This document shows positions 1 through 11,261 of a stretch of DNA of 64,000 nt, piece after piece. Location: contig JBDRQI010000001.1 in assembly GCA_043826355.1 (NCBI GenBank), positions 1 to 64,000 of the forward strand. The letters run 5' to 3'. How positions within the stretch are numbered: position 1 is the first letter of the stretch; each line of letters opens with the position of its first letter. The notes beneath the pieces are model-generated. The model was not told the DNA's origin. It saw only the letters and a program-made list of their open reading frames with translations, and made no database searches. The DNA is from Candidatus Omnitrophota bacterium. Lineage in GTDB: Bacteria > Ratteibacteria > UBA8468 > MWAK01. The position numbers and the translations under genes are program-made.

Positions 1-354
1 CCCGATGAAATCCTGGCCACCTATCCGGACGGTTCAACGGCCGTAGCCCTGCGCCGACTGCCTTCCGGCGTCTCAATCTTCGTCGGCGTGCCGGGGTTCA
101 GCACCGACCTGATCCGGCTGGCGGCCCGCGAGGCGGGAGTGCACCTCTTCACGGATGTGAACTGCAACGTCTACGGGAACGGGCCGTACCTCTCGCTGCA
201 CGCATCGCAAGATGGACCGGTCACGCTGGACACCGGCAGAGCTGACGCGGTGAGGGACGTGCTGACCGGCGAGACGCTCGGCCGGGGACCGAAACTCGTC
301 CTGCCGATGAAGCTGGGACAGACGAGGGTGCTCCGGATTGGTGTGAAGCGCTGA
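1..354 (+). CDS. 3' end of a GC-rich gene, truncated by the window edge; resembles the C-terminal domain of beta-galactosidase-like/glycoside hydrolase proteins
   Basis: Frame is open from base 1 (PDEILATYPDGSTAVALRR...AREAGVHLFT...) to TGA at 352-354; visibly more GC-rich than the rest of the window. Confidence 0.5.
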   Translation, partial: PDEILATYPDGSTAVALRRLPSGVSIFVGVPGFSTDLIRLAAREAGVHLFTDVNCNVYGNGPYLSLHASQDGPVTLDTGRADAVRDVLTGETLGRGPKLVLPMKLGQTRVLRIGVKR

Positions 355-474
355 ATCGGATGGTGGGTAATTATAAAGACCGCCCTACATTCCTCGAAGC
401 CCTTACCGCCTGGCCCCCACCACGCCTCGGGTCGGCCAGTCGCCCCGTAGAAGGCAACGGCCGCCTATGCGGGG

Positions 475-520
475 CCCGCTGGTATTGCTTCTTAATCAGT
501 CGCAATTCCTGACTTCGCAC
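475..520 (+). repeat. ~46-bp direct repeat, copy 1 (copy 2 at 2776-2822)
   Basis: cccgctggtattgcttcttaatcagtcgcaattcctgacttcgc vs cccgctggtattgctccttaatcagtcgcaacaccttacttcgc. Confidence 0.85.
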
Positions 521-542
521 TCCTTAAATCCTTATGAACATA

Positions 543-577
543 AGGATTCAAGCCTGTCACACCCGACTTAAAAGGGC
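543..577 (-). mobile_element. Degenerate copy of the tRNA-Lys 3' half (att site of an island)
   Basis: aggattcaagcctgtcacacccgacttaaaagggc matches tRNA positions 2865-2899 at 30/35 bases and ends at the anticodon arm; tandem tttggcacaaa repeats at 601-622 resemble integrase arm sites. Confidence 0.75.
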
Positions 578-710
578 TTTCGGACCTATTTTCCTTTTGG
601 TTTGGCACAAATTTGGCACAAACTACCTTTTGTCTTGCGGATACATATTTTTAGAGGAAATGGTTTTCAGGGAGAAAGTCAACCCCCCCATAGCAACATT
701 AAAAATATGG

Positions 711-2039
711 TTAATTCGAGATAGAAAGTTCCAACCATTCCCTCACTTCCTGAGGGGTGGCAATGTCCCGCTTGGCCGCCGAGGCATAGTTTAAAACAAG
801 GTTAATTAAATCGAGATTGGTTGCCAATTGATTTGTTTGCTGGTCCAAATAAATATTGTCTTCCAAACCAACCCTGATTCCTCCTCTACTGATTGCCATT
901 TTGTGGACTATTTGCTGAAAATGACCGATACCAGCGGCTGTCCAGTAAGTATGCGGAGGTAAGGATTTCAACAGAAAGTGAAAATTCTGTTCAGAGGCAT
1001 GCATTGTGCCCAATGAACCTAAGATAAGATTTGAGTACAACGGCAATTTTAAAAAGCCTTTCCGGAAAAGATATTTTGTATAATCAAGCATCCCTATCTC
1101 AAATATCTCCAATTCCGGTTTTATGTCGTTTTTTAACATTTTTTCGGCTAATCCCATAATAGTTGATGGTTGGTTTACGCTGCTTTGTTGAGGAAAGTTC
1201 ATGGAACCCATGGTCAGTGAGGCCATGTCTGGTTTTACGGAACCCAACATATTTAAAACCGCCGATCTTTTACTGAAATCAGAATAATTGCGGCCGCTGG
1301 TAGTTACGCAAATTATTAAATCAGGACATTTATCCCGTATACGAGATATAGTCTCGGCAAAGACTGTTGGGTCCGGAGTCGGTTCTTCATTGTCATCTCG
1401 AGCATGCAAATGAACAATAGAAGCTCCTTTTTCTGCTGCTTTGAAAACATCATCAGCTATTTCGATAGGTGTCGTGGGAAGATTGTGATTATCTTTTTTT
1501 CGAGGGATCATTCCGGTCGGCGCAAAGTTGATTATGATTTTCTTGGGTTGTTCTTTCCGCCAAGAAATTTTAGTAAGATCCGCCTCAAGAGTTGTCCACT
1601 TCGGTATATCTTTATGGCCGAAGGAGTGTATCTTTGGTACCTTACCTACCTCTTTGTAATTAAAATGCTTTTTATACCAGGCAATAATTTCAGGTCTGTC
1701 GGCGTTAGTAATTATTTTAGTACAACCAAGTCCGGCAAGAATCTCCATCCGCATCCGCTGAAGTTTTTTCCCTATACCGCAATGGATAAATTCCGGATGA
1801 ACAGCCATTAAGGTGGTCTTCCCTGTTTCGGCTGACAGGAATGTAAATCCTGCCGCTCCCACCGGCTTGCCTTTCGATTCGGCAATTAAAAAAAACTTAT
1901 AATTCAATTTGTCCATCTCCGGAGATGGGATATGGTGCATATTGTAAGGTTCCATCAGCGAAATAACGGATGTAATATCGGTTGAACGGGCAAAGCGAAT
2001 TTTATAAAAAGACATAATTTTTATGCTTCCAGTATTCAT
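711..2039 (-). CDS. GNAT acetyltransferase fused to a 3-keto-5-aminohexanoate cleavage enzyme-like domain (BKACE/DUF849)
   Basis: N-terminal GNAT motif (LMAVHPEFIHCGIGKKL); C-terminal BKACE motifs IIINFAPTG, VHLHAR, PELEIF, RVGLEDN; AT-rich. Confidence 0.8.
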   Translation of the reverse strand: MNTGSIKIMSFYKIRFARSTDITSVISLMEPYNMHHIPSPEMDKLNYKFFLIAESKGKPVGAAGFTFLSAETGKTTLMAVHPEFIHCGIGKKLQRMRMEILAGLGCTKIITNADRPEIIAWYKKHFNYKEVGKVPKIHSFGHKDIPKWTTLEADLTKISWRKEQPKKIIINFAPTGMIPRKKDNHNLPTTPIEIADDVFKAAEKGASIVHLHARDDNEEPTPDPTVFAETISRIRDKCPDLIICVTTSGRNYSDFSKRSAVLNMLGSVKPDMASLTMGSMNFPQQSSVNQPSTIMGLAEKMLKNDIKPELEIFEIGMLDYTKYLFRKGFLKLPLYSNLILGSLGTMHASEQNFHFLLKSLPPHTYWTAAGIGHFQQIVHKMAISRGGIRVGLEDNIYLDQQTNQLATNLDLINLVLNYASAAKRDIATPQEVREWLELSISN

Positions 2040-2370
2040 GAACTAATTTCCATTTCGAACCCAACTCAAAATCATGCGACACCGGAGTAAATGAAGTTCT
2101 TCCGCTCTCAGGATAATTTGTCAGTGCGCCAAAATATATCCGGCCATTTACCAGGTATAGGTCAACCCGAATGAAGTCAAAAGGTGTTCCTAAGAGTTCG
2201 GCCAGGGATATCATGGAATCAAGCTGTACCGGCTTTTCCATATACTCAGCTGTTTTCTTCCTTTTTTCGGCGGCGTTTCCTTTATTCCAAAATATACAAG
2301 TAATATTTTTGAAATAATCGCTAACAATTTTGAATCCCTGTTCGCCAAAATTTTGGTCTCCTACAAACAA
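2002..2370 (-). pseudogene. Truncated or chimeric TupA-like ATP-grasp fragment
   Basis: Only the C-terminal motif FDFIRVDLY...IYFGALTNYPESG is present; the nearest upstream ATG (~2387) is out of frame. Confidence 0.5.
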
Positions 2371-2647
2371 TAGGGTAATTTTCCCATTTTTTTATTATCA
2401 GATTTGTACATTTATACCCTTTTTTCGTAGGTTGTATGAATCTGTTCCATTCGTCTAGACAGAAATCGGTAGTTTTTAGGTGTGAAAAAGTAGTTTCGGT
2501 GCTCGCAATTTATTTTTTTTGCCAACCTATATTAAACTATTCCAAATATTTATTGTCAACTGATCGCGGTTTGGTATTAGTCCGGAATTTGTACAAAAAA
2601 ACCACAATGCAAAAACGCTTGAAAGCATTGTGGCCCTGAGGTTTACG

Positions 2648-2668
2648 AAGTAGGCCGCGCAGAACTCG
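2648..2668 (-). repeat. Second duplication of the tRNA-Lys 3' end (att-like)
   Basis: aagtaggccgcgcagaactcg vs aagtaggccgcgcaggactcg at 2852-2872. Confidence 0.75.
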
Positions 2669-2775
2669 GTGGCAAAACCCGACACCCAACTTTCCACCGA
2701 GAGTCAAAGATAAACCCTAAACTATACTACTTGACAACTCGGCTGTCTCGACTTCACTGCGTCTCGACTAGGCCA

Positions 2776-2822
2776 CCCGCTGGTATTGCTCCTTAATCAG
2801 TCGCAACACCTTACTTCGCTCC
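2776..2822 (+). repeat. ~46-bp direct repeat, copy 2
   Basis: Near-identical to 475-520. Confidence 0.85.
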
Positions 2823-2854
2823 CATCGAGTCCTGCTTTCAGGTGGGCTTAAAAG

Positions 2855-2927
2855 TAGGCCGCGCAGGACTCGAACCTGCCACACCCGCCTTAAAAGGGCG
2901 GTGCTCTACCTGATGAGCTAGCGGCCC
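2855..2927 (-). tRNA. tRNA-Lys (TTT)
   Basis: Reverse complement GGGCCGCTAGCTCATCAGGTAGAGCACCGCC-CTTTTAA-GGCGGGTGTGGCAGGTTCGAGTCCTGCGCGGCCTA folds as a cloverleaf; CCA not encoded. Confidence 0.95.
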
Positions 2928-3003
2928 AAACAAAAGATTGGATTCCCGCCTGAAATGTGCGGGAATACGGGTTCCCTATCCAAAGCTCTGGATAGGGCAG
3001 CGT

Positions 3004-4355
<1,352 letters not shown>

Positions 4356-4372
4356 AATATTTTTGTGACGGC

Positions 4373-5446
4373 TTATTTTAATTTGCTCTTTATCGCTTCA
4401 CCCATCTCCCGGGTACCGACCACGCCTTCGGTTTTGCCGGGTTTCAGGTCGTAGGTTACCGCTTTGCCTTCACGGATGACTTCCGCAATCGCTTTATCCA
4501 GTTTTTCCGCAGCTGCCTGTTCACCCAGGTAGTCAAGCATCAGGCCGGCTGCCAGGAGCAGGGCGGTCGGGTTGACTTTATTTTGTCCTTTATATTTAGG
4601 CGCACTGCCGTGGACCGCTTCAAAGAGCGCCACGTCTTCGCCGATATTGGCGCCGGCTGCCATGCCCAGGCCGCCGACCAGGCCGGCACAGAGGTCGGAT
4701 AAAATGTCTCCGTAAAGGTTCGGCAGCACCATCACGTCGTATAGTTCCGGTTTCTGGACCAGCTGCATGCACATATTATCGACGATGCGGTCTTCAAAGG
4801 TAATAGCCGGAAATTTCAACGCCACCCTCCGGCAGCATTCCAGAAAAAGCCCGTCGGAATATTTTAGAATATTGGCTTTATGGACTGCAGTCACCTTTTT
4901 ACGTCCGTTTTTAACCGCGTAAGCAAAAGCAAAACGGGCAATCCGTTCGGAAGCGGTAACCGAATTGGGCTTCAGGCTGATGCCGGAATCCGGAATGATT
5001 TTCCGTTTCTTTTTTTCTTCCACAAACTTAATCAGCTCAAGGGTCTCTTCCTTGTTTTTCTGAAATTCTATCCCGCAGTAAAGGTCCTCGGTATTTTCCC
5101 GCACGATGACCAGGTCAATCTTCGGGTATCGGCTGGGAGCGCCTGCGTAGAGCTTAATCGGACGCAGGTTTGCGTATAGTTTAAAATGCTGTCTTAAGGC
5201 GACGTTGATACTGCGATACCCTTTTCCGATCGGAGTGGTGACGGGTCCTTTAAGACAAATTTTATTTTGGCTGATGGAAGCGAGAAGTTCTTCCGGCATC
5301 GGCGAGCCGTATTTCGCCATCGCCTCTTCGCCGGCCGGCATCTCTTCCCACTCAATCGGAACGTCTAACCGGTCAACGATTTCCCGCGTGACCCGGGTAA
5401 TTTCCGGTCCGATACCGTCGCCCGGCACCAGGGTTATTTTATGCAT
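4373..5446 (-). CDS. Isocitrate/isopropylmalate dehydrogenase family protein (probably NAD-dependent isocitrate dehydrogenase)
   Basis: [38 protein letters not shown]. Confidence 0.9.
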   Translation of the reverse strand: MHKITLVPGDGIGPEITRVTREIVDRLDVPIEWEEMPAGEEAMAKYGSPMPEELLASISQNKICLKGPVTTPIGKGYRSINVALRQHFKLYANLRPIKLYAGAPSRYPKIDLVIVRENTEDLYCGIEFQKNKEETLELIKFVEEKKKRKIIPDSGISLKPNSVTASERIARFAFAYAVKNGRKKVTAVHKANILKYSDGLFLECCRRVALKFPAITFEDRIVDNMCMQLVQKPELYDVMVLPNLYGDILSDLCAGLVGGLGMAAGANIGEDVALFEAVHGSAPKYKGQNKVNPTALLLAAGLMLDYLGEQAAAEKLDKAIAEVIREGKAVTYDLKPGKTEGVVGTREMGEAIKSKLK

Positions 5447-5450
5447 TAAT

Positions 5451-5756
5451 TTATTTTTCCTTTATTTTTGCTTGCGCCTTTACTTCCGGTGTTTTTGTCT
5501 CCGCTGTCTTTTTTTCGGTTGGCGCCGCCGCTGTCGTTGTCCCCCGGTCTTCTTTTTCCCGTTTTTTATATGATTCGCTCCGGTACTCGGTGGTGTAAAA
5601 GCCAGCCCCCTTATAGATGACGCCGGAACCGGTTCCCACCAGCCGGCGTACCTTTCCCTTGCATTTCGGGCAATCTTTTAAGTATTCTTCGGTCATCTTC
5701 TGAAAGACCTCGAACCGGTTGGGGCAGTCACAACATTCGTATTCATAAGTCGGCAT
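5451..5756 (-). CDS. FmdB-family zinc-ribbon protein
   Basis: MPTYEYECCDC...CPKC...KGAGFYTTEY. Confidence 0.9.
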   Translation of the reverse strand: MPTYEYECCDCPNRFEVFQKMTEEYLKDCPKCKGKVRRLVGTGSGVIYKGAGFYTTEYRSESYKKREKEDRGTTTAAAPTEKKTAETKTPEVKAQAKIKEK

Positions 5757-5939
5757 AGAAATTTCTCCTTAAAACTGATTATTTTAGCCGAAAACGACAA
5801 AAACGTCAACCTTGCCAGAAGTTGCACTCCCTTCGTTCCTTCGGCGTATGGCAAGGACGAGTGTCATTCTCAACCTTCCGGTAACTAACCTGTTTATTTT
5901 TTTCTGAATGGCGGGAACAAGCGGTTTTTTAAAAAACGT

Positions 5940-6608
5940 TTAAAGAGATGCCCAGAGCATGCCGCGTTTGACTATTTCCAAGGCCTCAGGTACTTTAAAA
6001 TCGCTCGATACGTGACCCAGGGAGGTGTAAAAGACCCGGCCCTTGCCGTACCTGCGTTTCCAGACCACCGGCATAACACAACCCTTGATCCAAGGAGCAT
6101 CACCACATTTTCCGCTGAAAGTGGTGGTGGCCAGTACTTCGTTGGATGGGTCGACGTGCATGTAGTATTGTTCGGAGCGCATCCGGAAATCGCGCAGACC
6201 GGCCGTAATCGGATCGGCGTGATTAATAATATTAACCTCATAATCTATTATACCGCCGGGATGCGCCACCCACTGCCCGCCGGTCATCCATTGATATTCG
6301 GTGTTGTTGCGGAAGGAATCCGCCATCCCGCCGTGCCACCCGGCGATGCCGATGCCGGTTTTAAGCGTGGTGAGCAATCCCTGTTCCTGTTCGTCGGTGA
6401 TGACTCCCATGGTCCAAACCGGCACAATTAAACTGAGCGAAGCCATCTTCTTGCGGTCCAGGTAGGTATCCAGAGTATCGGAAATTTCCACTTGGTAATC
6501 CTGACTTTGAAGGAAAGGTAGGAAAATATTCACGCACTGTTCGGGTTCGTGACCTTTCCAGCCGCCCCACACTATCAGCGCTTTTTTTTGGTTCATTAGA
6601 ATCTTCAT
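5940..6608 (-). CDS. ThuA-like domain protein
   Basis: [37 protein letters not shown]; start placed at the ATGA overlap with the upstream gene (6596 is an alternative). Confidence 0.85.
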   Translation of the reverse strand: MKILMNQKKALIVWGGWKGHEPEQCVNIFLPFLQSQDYQVEISDTLDTYLDRKKMASLSLIVPVWTMGVITDEQEQGLLTTLKTGIGIAGWHGGMADSFRNNTEYQWMTGGQWVAHPGGIIDYEVNIINHADPITAGLRDFRMRSEQYYMHVDPSNEVLATTTFSGKCGDAPWIKGCVMPVVWKRRYGKGRVFYTSLGHVSSDFKVPEALEIVKRGMLWASL

Positions 6609-7702
6609 GAAAATAAGTTTACCGGCAAAACTTCCGGCTGTTCGCAACTGCTGGTGATCTTAACGTGTTTTCCTGATTCGGAGGCAACATGGAAACCCTG
6701 CATTATATCCAGTACGTGATACGCCATCTTTCCGTTTGCCCGGTGTTTACCGCCGGAAATGATGGCTTGAGCCATATCCGCCACGCCTAAGCCCCGGCTG
6801 TTGTCCGCGTACCGGTTAATTAGCGGAACATCAACCCATTCTTTTTCTCTTGCCCGGAGAAGACGGATTGGCCCGCCAAAGCCGTTGGGGTCAGGGGTGC
6901 TCAAGGTTCCCTCTGAGCCATAAATTTCAATCCTGGGCAGTTGAGCGCCCCAGACATCAAAACTGGTCGTTATCGTTCCGATGGCGCTGTTGGCAAAATC
7001 CATAATTCCGGCGATATGGGTTGGGGTGTTTACCCTGATTGTCTTTCCGTAATTCGGTTGGCTGGTAATAATCCTTTCCGGAAAGGTAACTTTATCCGAG
7101 CCGGTGACCCGGCGTACCGGACCCATCAGCGATATCAGGGCGGTAAGGTAATACGGCCCCATATCAAACATCGGTCCAGCCCCGGGTTGGTAGTAAAAAT
7201 CCGGGTTTGGATGCCAGGACTCATGGCCGTGACAAACCATAAAAGCGGCCGCGGCCAATGGTTTTCCGATAGCGCCGTCATCAATTAATCTGCGGCAGGT
7301 TTGAAAACCGGCCCCTAAAAACGTATCGGGAGCGCAGCCCACAAGCAGGCCTTTTTTGTCAGCGGCTTTAAGAACCTTAAGACCGTCTTTACGGTTTATT
7401 GCCAGCGGTTTTTCGCAATACACATGTTTACCGGCCGCAAGCGCAGTCAGGTTTATCTCGGTGTGGGTGTTGGGAATAGTCAGGTTTACCACGATATCAA
7501 CATCCGGGTTAGAAAGAAGTTCTTTTACGGTGCAGGCCGCGGGAATGCCAAATTCATCGGCTCTGGCTCTGGATTTGGCCGGATTAAGGTCAGCGCAGGC
7601 AACAACCTTCAGAAAACCGAAAAGTTTTCTGAAATTTTCTAAATATATCCCGCTGATGTTGCCGCAGCCAATTATGCCTATTTTTATCTGTTTTGTGCTC
7701 AT
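6605..7702 (-). CDS. Gfo/Idh/MocA-family oxidoreductase
   Basis: [11 protein letters not shown]ossmann motif, [22 protein letters not shown]. Confidence 0.92.
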   Translation of the reverse strand: MSTKQIKIGIIGCGNISGIYLENFRKLFGFLKVVACADLNPAKSRARADEFGIPAACTVKELLSNPDVDIVVNLTIPNTHTEINLTALAAGKHVYCEKPLAINRKDGLKVLKAADKKGLLVGCAPDTFLGAGFQTCRRLIDDGAIGKPLAAAAFMVCHGHESWHPNPDFYYQPGAGPMFDMGPYYLTALISLMGPVRRVTGSDKVTFPERIITSQPNYGKTIRVNTPTHIAGIMDFANSAIGTITTSFDVWGAQLPRIEIYGSEGTLSTPDPNGFGGPIRLLRAREKEWVDVPLINRYADNSRGLGVADMAQAIISGGKHRANGKMAYHVLDIMQGFHVASESGKHVKITSSCEQPEVLPVNLFS

Positions 7703-8871
7703 TATCCACTTCTTTTTAGATTAGCGGCGAGATATTGGGAGAAAATTTCCAGAACCTGGTCCGGCGAAAAGAACTCGCCTTTGGGTTCAGACCGTTTTTT
7801 CAATTCAACCTTTCCTTCTTTTAAATTCTTGCCGATGGTTATCCGGAAAGGAATTCCGGTCAGGTCTGCGTCTTTGAACTTTTCGCCGGCCTGCCTGGCT
7901 CGGTCGTCCATCAGAACCAAAACCCCCTTTTCCTGCGCGGCGGAGTAGAGACGGTCCGCAGCTTCTTTAACAGTCGGGTCCGCATAATTGACCGGCAGGA
8001 TGAGCAGGTGAAAAGGCGCGACCGAAAGGGGCCAGACGATTCCGGACTGGTCGTAGTTATTTTCAATGACGGCCGAGACCAGCCGGGAGACGCCGATGCC
8101 GTAACAGCCCATGACGTAAGGCCGCTGTTGGCCGGTTTTGTCCAAAAAAAGTCCTTTCATCTTTTCGCTATAGGGCGTGCCGAGTTTAAAGATGTGGCCG
8201 ATTTCCAGTTCCGGACACGCTCCTTCCGCGACGAATTCTTCGGAGAATTTTCCACCCATGGCGCCGCTGTCCGCGCCGGTTACCTTATATTTGATGCCCA
8301 GGCGATTGAAGATGCGGTGGTAGGCGGCCAGCATTTTCTGGTAACTGACTTCAAGCCCTTGTTCGTCAGCGTCAAAACTGTAGGCGTCTTTCATCAGGAA
8401 TTCCCGGCAACGGACCAGGCCGAAACGCGGTCTCATCTCATCCCGAAACTTAGTTTGAATCTGGTAGAGGATTAAGGGTAACTGCTTGTAGGAGTTTATT
8501 TCCCGCCGGACCACTTCCATGATCACTTCTTCATGAGTGGGGCCAAGCAGGAGTTCCCTTTCGTGCCGGTCCTTAAACACAAAAGAGACGATGTCTTTGC
8601 CCAGGAGTTTGTAGCGGTCAGATTCTTTCCAGAGACTGGTCGGCTGGAGAGCCGGCATCAGGAGTTCCACTGCGCCGGTCGCATTCATTTCTTCCCGGAT
8701 AACCCGCTCAATGTTGCGCAGGGCCGCCAGGCCGAAGGGAAGGTAGGTATAGATGCCACTGCTTAACTGCCGTACCATCCCGGATTGCAGGATAAGGCGC
8801 TGGGAAGGCGTATCGTCGCCTTCAATTGAGGCTTCTTTCAAAGTCGGTAATAAATATTGGCTCCAACGCAT
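7702..8871 (-). CDS. proS: Proline--tRNA ligase, short form without the INS editing domain
   Basis: LGPTHEE, KFRDEMRPRFGLVRCREFLMKDAYSF, GHIFKLG, MGCYGIGVSR. Confidence 0.95.
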   Translation of the reverse strand: MRWSQYLLPTLKEASIEGDDTPSQRLILQSGMVRQLSSGIYTYLPFGLAALRNIERVIREEMNATGAVELLMPALQPTSLWKESDRYKLLGKDIVSFVFKDRHERELLLGPTHEEVIMEVVRREINSYKQLPLILYQIQTKFRDEMRPRFGLVRCREFLMKDAYSFDADEQGLEVSYQKMLAAYHRIFNRLGIKYKVTGADSGAMGGKFSEEFVAEGACPELEIGHIFKLGTPYSEKMKGLFLDKTGQQRPYVMGCYGIGVSRLVSAVIENNYDQSGIVWPLSVAPFHLLILPVNYADPTVKEAADRLYSAAQEKGVLVLMDDRARQAGEKFKDADLTGIPFRITIGKNLKEGKVELKKRSEPKGEFFSPDQVLEIFSQYLAANLKRSG

Positions 8872-8948
8872 AGTAAACTCCTTTGGGTTGATTTCAGTGA
8901 TTTAATCACTGAAATTGTTCTCTTTATAATCTCCAAAAATCATCTTGT

Positions 8949-10157
8949 TCATATCCATGATCGTTCTTTCATCGCCGCTACCAGTTCTGACACGGAAAGG
9001 ATGTAAGCGGCATTACGGAAATCGGCCTTGCGCTCTTTGGTCAGATATAGTACTTCGCCGAAGGCCGGTTCCACCTTGGAATCGATAAACTGGTAAACCT
9101 CTTCCGCAGACGTCTGGTTACCGCTTTTAGCGTTGCGCCATTCCACGTAAGAGGCAACCACACCTCCGCTGTTGGCCAGGATGTCCGGTATCACCACAAT
9201 CCCCTTTCGGCCGAAGATTTCATCGGCTTCCACGGTGGTTGGTCCGTTGGCGGCTTCCACGATCAGTTTGGCGGAGATTTTTTCGGCATTTTCTTTGTTC
9301 AGGACGTTTTCCACGGCCGCCGGAATCAGAATTTCCACCGGCAGTTCCAGGAGTGCTTTGTTCTCTATTTTTTGCAGGTTGCCGGCCGGGTACTCCGAGA
9401 TGAGTTTGCCCTGCCGGATAAAGTCCAGAATTTGGAGGACAGGCAGACCTTTTGGTGAGTATAATCCGCCGGATACGTCGCTGAGCGCCACGATGTTAGC
9501 GCCTTTTTCAAAAAGAAACGAAGCGGTATAACTGCCTACGTTACCGCAGCCCTGGATGGCGATTGCGGCATTCTTGACCTCTTTTCCCAGAATCTGGCGG
9601 CAGGCAGAGGCGGCAATGGTTGAAACGCCTCTTCCGGTTGCTTCCCTGCGGCCGGGCAGGCCTCCTAATCGGGGCGGTTTTCCGGTTACCGATTCCGGGT
9701 GGTGGGTCTCCCCGTAAATTATCGCCATATCCGAGGGGGTGGAACCCAAATCCGGCGCCGGTATGTAGGCGCCGGCTGTCAATTCATCCCGGAGCATGTG
9801 GGCGTATTCTTTGATGAGGGTGCGCCTTTCAAATTCCGAGATGCTTTTCGGGTCAAAGGCGATGGCTGATTTTCCGCCTCCGAACGGCAAGCCCATCAGC
9901 GCGCATTTATGGGTCATCAGTTCTGCCAGGGTTCGGGTTTCCGCCAGGGTAACGTTGGCGGCAAAGCGCACTCCGCCTTTGGCCGGGCCCAGCACGGAAT
10001 TATGATAGACCACGTACCCGCTGTAGATGAGCATCTTGTTCGGACCGATTTTGAGGTTTACCGAAAGGGTGGTTTCTTTTTCCGGACGCTTCAACAACAT
10101 CTCGGCGGCCTCCGGTATTTCCATAAACTGCTTCAGTTTTGGGAAATCAATACCCAT
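8949..10157 (-). CDS. Glu/Leu/Phe/Val dehydrogenase (probably glutamate dehydrogenase)
   Basis: AKGGVRF, PFGGGKS, PAPD, TGKP, QGCGNVG, EAANGP, NSGGV. Confidence 0.9.
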   Translation of the reverse strand: MGIDFPKLKQFMEIPEAAEMLLKRPEKETTLSVNLKIGPNKMLIYSGYVVYHNSVLGPAKGGVRFAANVTLAETRTLAELMTHKCALMGLPFGGGKSAIAFDPKSISEFERRTLIKEYAHMLRDELTAGAYIPAPDLGSTPSDMAIIYGETHHPESVTGKPPRLGGLPGRREATGRGVSTIAASACRQILGKEVKNAAIAIQGCGNVGSYTASFLFEKGANIVALSDVSGGLYSPKGLPVLQILDFIRQGKLISEYPAGNLQKIENKALLELPVEILIPAAVENVLNKENAEKISAKLIVEAANGPTTVEADEIFGRKGIVVIPDILANSGGVVASYVEWRNAKSGNQTSAEEVYQFIDSKVEPAFGEVLYLTKERKADFRNAAYILSVSELVAAMKERSWI

Positions 10158-10242
10158 AGTTTTCTCCCGCGTTTATTTCCCGTACTGTCAAAAAATCTGT
10201 CCATTTTTAAGGGTAGCCGCAGTTTTAGCCTGCGGCTCTACC

Positions 10243-11241
10243 TTAGATACGGTCCAGCGGCCAGATAAAAATATTGAACGGGCTCTCCGAAAGAGTGCCG
10301 AAGAGTGCGGAAACCTGTTCTACTTCCGTCAGAGTTTTCAGGGAAGCGCTATCCGGAATTTTTCCTTTTTCGGATTGCGGCGCAAAGAGGTAAACGGTCT
10401 TTTCCGGGTCAACAATTTTTAACATCGTTGAGGAGGTGATGTTCCATTCCGAGGCTGTCTGCAAAATCGGTTCCGGGATAACCGATTTTTCCGGAAAGAA
10501 AAAAGTTAAAGAAGAAAGGCTGAAACGTTCCATCACGTATCCGGCGATTCCCATGATGGTCCGGGCAGATCCGCCGAACTCCACGCAGCCGTTACGGCCA
10601 GACTCGCCGGAAAGGGCAAGATAACCAAAATCAGTGTCTTCACCCGCAGAGAAGAGCAGAAGACCGGGTTTTTGATAAAGCAGAGCATATTCTTCTTTTG
10701 TCCTTATTTTCCGGTAATAATTTTTCTCGTACGCAGCGATTATTTTAACCAGGAGGCCTTCTTGTCCGGAATAGCGTTGAGGAAAAACGGGCTTTACGCC
10801 GGTTTTTCGGAGACCGCGCTGGTTTATGGTGAAGTTCAGGGTTTTTCCGGCATTTTCATAACCAAAGGCTTGGTAGCGGTGTCGGTCTCCCCCAAGGATG
10901 GAGATGGGAAAACTTTCTTCTTTCATTCTGGCTATAGCGTGTTCCATCAGTCGGTTCATAAGGCCCTTGCCGCGCACCGAAGGTGAGGTGGAAACACTAC
11001 CGATGCCGGCCACCTTTACCGAAACCGGTCCCAGGGCTAAGTCAAGCGGAAAGAGGCGGACCAGGCTGACAATTTTTCCTTCATCCCTGATCAGGCAGAC
11101 GTGTTGATAATTGGTCGTATCCCCCTGCCAAACAGCAGGATAGGTATTTGGAAAGAAGTTGCGACTATGGCCGTAAGCGTCTTCCAAGAAACGCTGAATC
11201 TCTTCGTAATCTTTTGTTTCCGCGCCGACTATTTTTTCCAA
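10243..11241 (-). CDS. GNAT-family N-acetyltransferase (Eis-like N-terminus)
   Basis: GIGSVSTSPSVRGKGLM, RYQAFGYE. Confidence 0.8.
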   Translation of the reverse strand: MEKIVGAETKDYEEIQRFLEDAYGHSRNFFPNTYPAVWQGDTTNYQHVCLIRDEGKIVSLVRLFPLDLALGPVSVKVAGIGSVSTSPSVRGKGLMNRLMEHAIARMKEESFPISILGGDRHRYQAFGYENAGKTLNFTINQRGLRKTGVKPVFPQRYSGQEGLLVKIIAAYEKNYYRKIRTKEEYALLYQKPGLLLFSAGEDTDFGYLALSGESGRNGCVEFGGSARTIMGIAGYVMERFSLSSLTFFFPEKSVIPEPILQTASEWNITSSTMLKIVDPEKTVYLFAPQSEKGKIPDSASLKTLTEVEQVSALFGTLSESPFNIFIWPLDRI

Positions 11242-11261
11242 TTTACACCCGGATATGTTAT

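Noticed and set aside
534..794. Short ORFs 534-794, 2436-2639, 22331-22702, 38794-39006 and 40990-41262
   Set aside because: They overlap att sites, tmRNA, tRNA or repeats, or lie in AT-rich spacer DNA, and show no protein motifs
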